A stretch of 34,484 bases of DNA from Conidiobolus incongruus B7586 (Eukaryota), in contig JNEM01011698.1 in assembly GCA_000697335.1 (NCBI GenBank), positions 1 to 34,484 of the forward strand. Reading direction: 5' to 3'. The notes below the pieces were generated by a model. It was not told where the DNA came from. It saw only the letters and a list, made by a program, of their open reading frames with translations, and did no database searches. The translations under genes and the position numbers were made by a program. Positions 1 to 8,934 of this stretch are shown here, one piece after another; the first letter of the stretch is position 1, and each line of letters starts with the position of its first letter.

Positions 1-1154
1 ATATTTAATTAAATTATAATAATTTAAAATATTTTATAATATAAAATCTTAATAGTTTATATTTATTATTAATATAATAATATATTATAATAGTTTATTT
101 ATACAGAAAAATTTATTATATATTTTTTTTGGTTCTAGTTTTTAATATAAGTTTACTTGATTTTATTACATTTTATCTGTTTTAAATACAATATTATTAC
201 AGGGATTATTTAGTTAGTTTCATATGTTATTATAAAATTCAATATACTTGGAAGATCTTTTATGAAATAGAAAAATTAATTTAAATCTTTATATTGAATA
301 GATAAAATATAATTTTAAAAAATTTATAAATAAACCTAATAAATATAAAATATGATATATTAATTTATTACAACAATCTGAATAAGTATAAAATCATTAT
401 TAAATTATTTATATTAATTAAATATTTTATCAAAAATAGATGATATATTCTTATGGAATTGTGAACCAGAATTATCTCTAGTATTTAATTTTGGTTTTCA
501 AATACCAAGAATTTGTTCGAGTGGATTATTGATATAAAACTTAATATAATTTATTAAAGTTCAATATAACTATATAGTACCAACATGACATGATGGGGAT
601 ATACCTTTTACACGAAAAAAAGCAATGACAAATATATTATCAGATTAAACCCTCGCTTAAGTTTAAATTATAATTATATTTTTCTTATTCTATATAAGTT
701 GAAGATTATGGTTCCTTATAAAATTAGAAAACCTAATGATAATTTATCAAAAACTATCATTTGCAATGAAAGAAAAAGGATTAAACTGTTTAATTAGTAA
801 ATTCAAAAATTACTATGCTTATATGAAACATACTTGTTATAATAAGGATATCAATCATAATATAACTCATACCCAGACGATTTTTTATAATTACATAGAC
901 CAAACTATATATTATTAAAGAATTTGACCAAAATTATTTTCAGGCAATTTACCATTTTTGTACAAAAATCTTATATAAAAATGAAACATATATTAATTAC
1001 CAATAAAATATTTATTTTTTTTAAAAAAATATGTAAAATTACAACAAATTAAGGGATATATTTTAAATTTTGATTTTATTTTTTATAATCAAATAATTAA
1101 TTTTGAAAAATGACTATTATATAAAAATTTGGAATAAATAATTTGAAAATTTAG

Positions 1155-1161
1155 TATAAAA
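1155..1161 (+). promoter_or_regulatory. Candidate TATA box upstream of the first P450 locus
   Basis: TATAAAA about 45 nt upstream of the ATG at 1204. Weak evidence in such AT-rich DNA. Confidence 0.3.
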
Positions 1162-1203
1162 GCAGTCACATTCAGTATTCACAACTATCAACTAAATTTC
1201 AAA

Positions 1204-2696
1204 ATGATATATTTATTAACTCTATTTATAATAATTTTTTCATCTTGTTATATATTTCTGAAAAGGAGTACTTCGCTACCAAAGTTTGCTCATTCAGTGC
1301 CTTGTGTTCCAATATTGTCAATGATAAAAGGAATAATCCAAGGTGAAACTATTGATGAGGGGTTTGTTAATACAATTTGGCCTAAACTAAAACAACGAGG
1401 CTATGCTATGATATGGGGACCTTTGGGGTGGTCCATATTCGTATCCAAGCCTGAAATTGCCAAGAATATCTTTCGGAATAGCTCACAGTTCATCAAGCCA
1501 TTTTTCAAGCTGAAAGGAAGTTTATCGTCAATATTCTTAGGTGACGCCAACATTGTTTTTAGTAATGGAGACGAGTGGAAAAGATTTAGACGTCCTGCAA
1601 ACCGAATCTTCAACCAATCCTTTCAACCTGAGGTTTTCGCCCCTTGTATTTTGGAAACTCTAGATGCATTTAACGAACGATCCAACCAATTCCAAGGTGG
1701 ACCGATCGAAGTCAAAGATCTGATGGAGTTGTTGACACTTGATGCTCTCGGTCAAGAAATTTTCAGCCATGATTTTGAAGGAGTTAAAACTTTAGGCAAT
1801 TCCAAATTACATCTTTTGTATTCACAAATCATGAAACAGTTCATGAATCCATTCTATACATTTTTACCCATATTAAATCGATTGCCATTCGGCCCTTAAG
1901 TTCGCGCTCGGAAACAAATCCACGAATTGAATCAATTCGTCTTGAATCTTATTACTCAGAGGAGAAAAGATTTAGAGAATGGGAAATTTGTCGATTCTAA
2001 AGATTTGTTATCTACAATGATTCGACATGATCCAGAAAGCCCATATGAACCATTGACATATGAAGAACTAGTTCACAACTTCAACGTGTTTTTCTTTGCA
2101 GGTCATGTAACTACTGCTAATACTTTAAGTTATGCACTCTACTATTTGGCTAGGAATACTAAAATACAGGATAAATTAAGAAATCAAATTTACCAAGTGA
2201 TGGGATTAAGTAATGAACATGGAAATATTTCTGTGCCTACATTGGATCAATTGAACAAGATGGAATATCTCAATCTAGTTATTAAAGAAACAATGAGGTT
2301 CTCTCCCGCTGTCATGCATATATCCAGAAGGTTAACGGAAGAGTATCTCATTCCTGAAGATAATATAATACTCCCCAAAGGATCTGTTGTTACCTTGTCC
2401 ATATATAGCATCCTTCACGATCCTATTATCTACCCCAATCCAAATGAATTTAATCCTGAAAGATTTTTGGATAGCAAGTACGACATCGATGTATATATGC
2501 CATTTGGTGGAGGTAGTCGTATGTGTATTGGAATGAATTTTAGTTTAATGGAACAAAAAGTATTTCTAGCTTTATTTCTACAAAAATTTGAAGTATCTAT
2601 TAATCCTGATAACCCAAATATCAAAAATTGAGATTATCAGGCCTTGGCTTAACTAAACCCAAAGATCTCAAACTTAATTTTTCACCAAGATTTTAA
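1204..2696 (+). pseudogene. Cytochrome P450 pseudogene (in-frame stop plus 3' frameshift)
   Basis: ORFs 1204-1899 and 1927-2631 are in the same frame. They are separated by TAA (1897-1899) followed by VRARKQIHEL, colinear with paralogues (LPFGP*VRARKQIHELNQF vs YPIGERAKAHEDVAEFNQF). It has WKRFR, ETMR, PERF and PFGGGSRMCIG motifs. A 1-nt deletion near 2619 shifts the tail; the other frame reads QKLRLSGLGLTKPKDLKLNFSPRF* ending at 2696. The I-helix reads AGHVTT instead of AGH(D/E)TT. Confidence 0.9.
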
Positions 2697-3676
2697 TAAT
2701 TTCAATTTTAATGTTTCAATATTTTTAACCCCTACATTTACTCAAAATATAAACAATTCATTATTTGAATTTTTTTTCTTATTTTTTATTAAATTAATCA
2801 AATTTAATTCATTTATTCTTTAATATTTTCACAATTATAAATATGGTAAACACACTAATATATTTTATAATATTTTAATTTAAATTTTTTATATTGAACA
2901 AGAAATTAATAAAAAAAATTATATTCAAGTTGATGGATTCTTCCATTATTGATATTAATCGATTATAAGGAGTAAATATATTGAATTAGGATATAATCGA
3001 AATGTTTATTATATGTTAGTCAATGAATATTAAACCAATTTTCAAGATCAATAAACTCATTATTACACTAGATATCTCAGCATAAAACTGTGTTTTGTAG
3101 ATTTTATATTTAATTTAAGAGATCAAAAATAGCATATATATTATTGAGTTCAAAATATTAAGTTGATAGTATTATCAATCTTTTGGGATTTTATAAAGTA
3201 TAATCAGATCACTAAATATATAATATATATGTATAGGAGTGATTCTAATTAAAGTGTTTCGATTTATATATAAATTTTTGAACTCGATTTTATCAATCAT
3301 ATTTAAGTTAAAAACTAACTCTAATTATCATTTCTAATATATATATGTATATAATTTCTAAAAATTGATATTTTAATTATAGATATTAAAATTTTGACTT
3401 GTCTGATTATATACTCTAATGAAATTAAAAACTTTAAAAAACATTCAATTGTATGTTATAATATGGTGTTGATCAAAACAAAATAATATTTTACTTAGAG
3501 TCAGTCATATATATAGTGTTCTGTTAATCATATAACGAATTTTTATGATATATCAACCTTGAGATTTATAATGAATATTTGTAGGAAATAATTGAAATAT
3601 GGTAAAACCCCAATAAAACTCATTTAATATATATTTATTAAATAAAATATAAGCTTGATTATTAAATTAGTAAATA

Positions 3677-4444
3677 TCAGAAAGTTTGATACACCGTGTA
3701 TGGTGGAAGTTGATTAAAGTGATCATTTCTGAAGTCACTACTATGCTCCTCTTCTGTTTTAATTAGAAAAATTCCACCAATAATAGTTAAAATCAAAATC
3801 AATTTAAATCCCATTTTTTCATTGATAATAATATGATATTTGTTATAAATCATTTCATCAACAATCATTTCAACACCATGGATAGTTATACAACTGTATA
3901 AATATGAAGTAATAAATGCATACAGTTGGCTACATTGAATATCGATAAAGAAAATCCAGTATATCACTACTAAAATCATTCCAATTAAACCAATCCAATT
4001 AATTTCAATAATGTTATAAAAAAGAGAAATCAAAAATGAACAAAATAAGAATCTAACAATTAAAAGACTCAATCTTTCAGCTTTGAAGGTAAGATTACTA
4101 ACAATATAGGAGAATAGTACCGCAAATATAATAGAATTGAAGTAAGCTATTGAAAAGTATTCAAAATTCTTGTATTCAATACCTAAGGATTGTATGAGGT
4201 TAGGGATACAAATATAGCATATATATGATACTTTCTCTTTTAAAGATACATTATTAATATTATCACTGATTAAATAGTTATTATAAAGACCGATACCAAT
4301 TAAAATCCAACCGAATATAGTTTTACAAAGAGCGAATAAAGTAAATTTAATATTAAAATATAAAATAAAAGCTATTATATCAAGATAAATAGGATAAAAT
4401 AATATTATAATAAATGCTAAAATTTTGATCATATAATCTCCCAT
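3677..4444 (-). CDS. Multi-pass membrane protein (about 7 hydrophobic segments), function unknown; weak resemblance to DUF4203/TM7S3-type proteins
   Basis: A 255-codon ORF is far longer than expected by chance in this AT-rich DNA. It has repeated hydrophobic stretches and a hydrophilic C-tail ending LPPYTVYQTF. The family resemblance is by eye only. Confidence 0.7.
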   Translation of the reverse strand: MGDYMIKILAFIIILFYPIYLDIIAFILYFNIKFTLFALCKTIFGWILIGIGLYNNYLISDNINNVSLKEKVSYICYICIPNLIQSLGIEYKNFEYFSIAYFNSIIFAVLFSYIVSNLTFKAERLSLLIVRFLFCSFLISLFYNIIEINWIGLIGMILVVIYWIFFIDIQCSQLYAFITSYLYSCITIHGVEMIVDEMIYNKYHIIINEKMGFKLILILTIIGGIFLIKTEEEHSSDFRNDHFNQLPPYTVYQTF

Positions 4445-5055
4445 TTTTGATTAATTAAGGATATAAATGAAATTTATAAATTAAATTTTTAAATACTTAT
4501 AGATTGATATTTGAATCTAAAATATTGTGGTTTTTTAATAATTGTATTATCCAATGAATTTTTTTCATCCATCAATTTTTTATTGATTTAAATAAGTTTA
4601 GTATAAGCTAATTTTGACAAATTAAATTAAGATTATTTCAAGTAAATTTTTAAATTTGAAAAATCTTAAATAATATTAAAGTATCCAATACTTTTAACTA
4701 TTAATGTTTTTATCTATTGAATATATTCAACACCATTTTAAATGATATGTTAATTTGAATTATTTAGAGTGAAATAATTTAATATTTTTAATTGGAATTA
4801 ATTATTGTTTTTTTATCAAATTAAAAATAATTTTGAAATAATTTCATTCATTTGCATTAGCTTAAGGTATTATCTATTCTTAATCCTTCCCAGAATATCT
4901 ATTGGTTATGAGCATGTCTATCGATATTTAGTCAAGACCTAGATAAACTATCACTTGTAGCACAGATGCTTGGATACTGTTTTAGTATTTAGTTTCAAAC
5001 AATATAGCATTGAACATACAATTATCATCCTTAGCCAAATATTAGCAATTCTTAC

Positions 5056-5921
5056 TATGTTTTTGCCTTGAAAATTCACAAGTGGGATTGGATGTTATAA
5101 AGCAGTTTTAAATATTGGGATGGAGCTCGGAAGTTTAGAACCATACAAACTTCTGATGAATTCAAGCTTTACTCAGTTTCTAATATTGAACAGCACTTTA
5201 ACATTTAATTTAAAAGTATATTATGCAATGTAAAATCTCTTTAAGAAACCAAAAATAAGACTTGAAATAACAAGTTCAATACCTCAAAGGAAGGTTTTGT
5301 AAACATGAAATCATTTGGGATATTGGATCACAAAACTCAATCAAAAATTTAATAGTAGGAGGATGTCATTAGTATTTGATTTACTCGCAAAGGAAGCTGT
5401 TATTGACTGGGATAAATTTAATTTACTCAATATACGAATTTTAAATTACAATTTAATAAACTTTTTAGGATATATATATAATATAAAGTTTATTAAAATT
5501 GGCATAGAGCATTAATACTAGGTTGAAAATAATAGCGTTAGCTTAATATAAAATATCAAAAGTTCCATTATTCGATTAACAAATATATTAAATTAAATTT
5601 TCAAAACTTGATAAAGTTTGAATAAATTATCATTAAATTAAAATCAAGTATGATATGATTAAAATTTACAAAAAAACTAAGTGACTTCTAAGCGCTAATA
5701 AAACAAGAATGTAAAGAGGCTGTCTTTGAAACCATAATTACCCATAAAGATAAACTTTTTGAGATTGATTAAGTTGATTAAATTTATTATTAAAAGAACT
5801 AATATAAAACTCTTAATCTTCAGTGTAAGCATCAAAAAGTATGATTCAAAAAGAGAACTTATATATAGCCTCTTTATATATTACAATTATTTCCTTGGAA
5901 TAAATAAGAAATCGTAGTTAG
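5056..5921 (+). pseudogene. tnpA: IS607 TnpA (MerR-like HTH + serine recombinase) relic, interrupted by about 340 bp
   Basis: 5056-5205 reads YVFALKIHK...SSFKYWDGARKFRTIQTSDEFKLYSVSNIEQHF (cf. TLRRW..G.I..IRT.GG.RLY...I). 5229-5330 reads CKISLRNQK*DLK*QVQYLKGRFCKHEIIWDIGS (cf. CRVSS..QK.DL.RQ..YL......EII.DIGS; catalytic Ser codon TCT at 5238-5240). 5677-5757 reads LSDF*ALIKQECKEAVFETIITHKDKL (cf. GF..LL......V.EVVVTHKDRL). After a frameshift it reads LIKFIIKRTNIKLLIF...SKREL. Confidence 0.8.
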
Positions 5922-5972
5922 CTATAGATATAATACATTATAACAAAAAGGTCAAAAAGAGTAACTTATAAG

Positions 5973-7055
5973 AGAAAACAAAAAATTAAGTATTTTCCAA
6001 TACTCAAAAAAATTAAACCATTGATCAAATGATTTGCGACAAAAAGATTGATTTTCATTCATTATCTCACCAAGATTAACAAATGATATGTCTTAAACTA
6101 AAAAATTATAAGAACAAAATATATAAATTATTTCAAGGATAAAAGCAATTAGAAATTGAAGACTATATATAATTATCAAAATAAAATAATAAAAAATTTA
6201 TTCAAACATATAATACCAATTTAATTACAAAAAATTTCAATCTTAAATATATATATATAATAAGCGAATATTAATTAATTACATATAATTTTAAATTTTA
6301 AAAATTATATATTATATTTTATTAAATTAAATTATGAGTTAATATAAGAATATAAAATATTGATAAAAAATATAGACTATAATTGAGATTTATAAAGGTA
6401 AAAGTTTAGTGAATTTTTAATTTAATTTTTGAAAGTGATAGAGATTAATAATTATAAACAAGTTACTATAATGGAAACAACTAAAAAAACTATTTTAACT
6501 TTTAATCTTTGCTTATTACCTCTTTAACTAAGTTTCCTTTCAGTTTATTCCTTGAATTAAAAGGATAATAAAATATTAAGTGAATTTATTCTGATTATTA
6601 TATTGTTAAAAAGATATAAAGTAAATAACCTCAAAAGAAATTTATCTTAAAAACTATTAGATAGGAAAAGTAAATTAAAATATATAAAAATATTAAATAA
6701 ACTATAAAGTATATAAAGATTTTATTAATTAATATTCTATTTTATTAATTTTAGAATTTAAAATTTAAAAAATAATGAAAAAGAAATCTATTAAATATAA
6801 TAAAAGTGAAAGTATAAAAAATGCTAATGTTATCTTATTACAAATTTAAGTTTATTTAATAAAACAAGATAATATATTTGATACAACGTAATCATTTGCG
6901 ATAGGAATTACACAAGCAAATAATATGATAATTATAGATATTTATAAATGTGTTTTTAATTAATTAAAACTCAAATTTCTTCAAATTATATAAAAATGGA
7001 TTGAGATATCAATCCTCCCAGAAACATACTCCTTCACTATCTATCAGTTAATTAA
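5973..7055 (+). pseudogene. TnpB/Fanzor2-type RNA-guided RuvC nuclease relic
   Basis: 5973-6130 reads RKQKIKYFPILKKIKPLIK*FATKRLIFIHYLTKINK..LN*KIIRTKYIN (cf. KIRLYPT.EQK..L.KWFG..R..YN..L). 6733-6765 reads YSILLILEFKI (RuvC-II Glu at 6754-6756). About 6820-6850 reads KMLMLSYYKFK (cf. MLTWSHY.F). 6852-7055 in one frame reads LFNKTR*YI*YNVIICDRNYTSK*YDNYRYL*...KMD*DINPPRNILLHYLSVN* (cf. V....E.YTSKTCG.CG...DRD.NGARNIL). Many stops and frameshifts. Confidence 0.85.
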
Positions 7056-7161
7056 GCTAGTCTTCCAAGATTAATGTTGATGCTTATCCCCTTGGGGTTT
7101 CTGGACTCTATGTTAGGCTTAGACGGGGGTGATTCAAATTTGACCAACTTTGGACAAATTT
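7056..7161 (+). ncRNA. Putative right end / omegaRNA scaffold remnant of the IS607-Fanzor2 element
   Basis: Directly follows the nuclease stop and is much GC-richer than its flanks. It contains several potential stems: AGTCTT-CC-AAGATT; ATCCCC (7086-7091) able to pair with GGGGGT (7125-7130); and AAATTTGACCAA-CT-TTGGACAAATTT (7136-7161). The position matches where TnpB/Fanzor guide scaffolds are encoded. Expression is unknown. Confidence 0.45.
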
Positions 7162-7405
7162 AATTTTTCTCATTGGTTAATTTCTAATATATTATAATCA
7201 ATAATTAAAACATTTAGTATTATATTAAATAATAATTATATTTTTTTTATTTAATTAATTTGAAAAATTTAAAAATAGTAAAAACTTAATTATAATATCA
7301 AAATATACTATTTTGACATATTCAATAGAGTTAAAGGATTAAATACTATTCAACATCTTTTAAATTGATAATACAAATATAAATTATTTTTATTTAATTT
7401 ATAAT

Positions 7406-8884
7406 TTAAAATCTTGGTAAAAAATTAAGTTTAAGATCTTTAGCTTTTGAAAATATTATTCCTGTAACTCTAATATTTTCAAAATCTGGATTATCTTCAA
7501 GGATTTCAATGCTAAATTTCTGCAAAAGCATAGCTAAATACACCTTTTGCTCCATTAAGCTAAAATTCATACCAATACACATACGACTTCCTCCTCCAAA
7601 TGGCAAGTAAATATCGTAATCGTATTTTCCATTCAAGAATCTCTCGGGTTCGAACTTTTCAGGATTAGGATAAATTTGTGGATCGTGTTGAACTCCGTAT
7701 ATATAAAGATTGAGCAGAGTGCCTTTGGGAATGATTATACTCTCTCCTGGAATGACGAAATCTTCTTCGACTTCACGAGGTAAACTAACAATTGCAGGTG
7801 ATATTCTCATCACTTCTTTAATCACACAAGATAAATAGTTCATTTCTTTTAATTGATCCGCAGATGGAACAACAATTTTATCTTGATTTGTTGAAATATT
7901 AAGAATGTCTTGAATTTCTTTTCTGAGTTTATCTTGAACTTGAGGATTCTTAGCTAAGTGATACATAGCATAAGCTAAAGTATTGGCAGTGGTATCATGT
8001 CCAGCAATAAAGAATATATTCATATTTGCAACTAATTCTTTATCCGACAATGGTTCATATGGGCTATCAGTATCTTCAGTTAACATAGTAGATAATAAAT
8101 CTTTAGATTCATTAAACTTTCCATCTTTGATATCTTTCCTTCTCTGGGCAATAATATCACCAATAAAAGCATTAAATTCTTCGCAATCTTGGTGAAGTTT
8201 GACTCTTTCTGGAAGGGGTAGTCGTTCTAAAATTGGAAATGAAATATAAAGTGGATTTTGAGCCCCAGTAAAAACGGATTCATATAAATGATAGTAGTGA
8301 GAGGTTCCCATTCGCTTAACAGCTTCGAAGTCATAACTTAAAATTCCTTTCCCCATAATATCCAGAGTCATATATTCCATAAGGTCAGTCACAGCAATGG
8401 GCCTACCTTGATTTTGATTAATCCTATCGGTAAAAGCATCTAGGGTTTCATTCACACAGTCAGCAAACATCTCAGGTTGGAAAGATTGATGAAAAATGGG
8501 ATTGGCAGGTCTTCTAAATCTTCTCCAATCATCTCCGTTACTTCTTACAATATTCTTCTCGCCAGTGAACTTGGCATTTAAAGAATCAGGAGGTAAGTTG
8601 AGTTTAGTGAATGTATTTGTATTACGCAACACTTGTTTGATAATTTCAGGCTTTGTAGTGGTAAAAGACCAACCACCTCGATTCCATACTAAAGCATAAC
8701 CTTTCTTCTTAATAATAGGTGCAAATACTTCGTTGTAGAGTTCATGAACTGTTTTACCACTGATAATAGATTGGATCATTAACCAAATTGAAATTTTTGG
8801 GACATTCCTTAATTGAGCTGGTACTTTAGTAAAATAACTAAATAGTGCTATAAAAAATAAAAAAATAACGATGAAATATATCAT
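7406..8884 (-). CDS. Cytochrome P450, intact, intronless (492 aa)
   Basis: N-terminal membrane anchor, WRRFR, AGHDTT, EVMR, PERF and PFGGGSRMCIG haem motif. Closest in-window paralogue is 13059-14537. Confidence 0.97.
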   Translation of the reverse strand: MIYFIVIFLFFIALFSYFTKVPAQLRNVPKISIWLMIQSIISGKTVHELYNEVFAPIIKKKGYALVWNRGGWSFTTTKPEIIKQVLRNTNTFTKLNLPPDSLNAKFTGEKNIVRSNGDDWRRFRRPANPIFHQSFQPEMFADCVNETLDAFTDRINQNQGRPIAVTDLMEYMTLDIMGKGILSYDFEAVKRMGTSHYYHLYESVFTGAQNPLYISFPILERLPLPERVKLHQDCEEFNAFIGDIIAQRRKDIKDGKFNESKDLLSTMLTEDTDSPYEPLSDKELVANMNIFFIAGHDTTANTLAYAMYHLAKNPQVQDKLRKEIQDILNISTNQDKIVVPSADQLKEMNYLSCVIKEVMRISPAIVSLPREVEEDFVIPGESIIIPKGTLLNLYIYGVQHDPQIYPNPEKFEPERFLNGKYDYDIYLPFGGGSRMCIGMNFSLMEQKVYLAMLLQKFSIEILEDNPDFENIRVTGIIFSKAKDLKLNFLPRF

Positions 8885-8926
8885 TTTATTTAAAAAAAGT
8901 AATTAATTCAATTAATTTCTTTTTCA

Positions 8927-8934
8927 TTTATATA
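8927..8934 (-). promoter_or_regulatory. Candidate TATA box of the P450 at 7406-8884
   Basis: TATATAAA on the minus strand about 45 nt upstream of the ATG, a spacing similar to the candidates before the ATGs at 1204 and 21509. Confidence 0.3.

Larger units (their letters stand above)
5056..7161 (+). mobile_element. Degenerate IS607-family transposon (TnpA serine recombinase + TnpB/Fanzor2); boundaries approximate
   Basis: Ordered relic motifs on one strand: HTH, serine recombinase core, TnpB N-terminal helix, RuvC-II region, zinc-finger region, RuvC-III, then a structured 3' end. This matches the canonical IS607 organisation. Confidence 0.8.

Noticed and set aside
736..918. Short AT-rich ORFs (736-918, 11290-11484, 26419-26601)
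   Set aside because: They are near the length threshold, have low-complexity I/N/K/Y composition and show no recognisable motifs.
1897..1899. Stop-codon readthrough, RNA editing or an intron rescuing the first P450
   Set aside because: The sequence is colinear with paralogues across the stop, leaving no room for an intron. The same gene has an independent frameshift and an I-helix lesion, and TAA ends intact genes in this window.
5315..5515. 66-aa ORF as a real gene
   Set aside because: It starts at TTG, overlaps the TnpA relic out of frame and lies mostly in the inserted segment.
6492..6535. RuvC-I motif relic (ILTFNLC..TSLT, cf. IALDPG.RTFLT)
   Set aside because: The position is plausible but it needs a frameshift and several substitutions, so it was not used as evidence.
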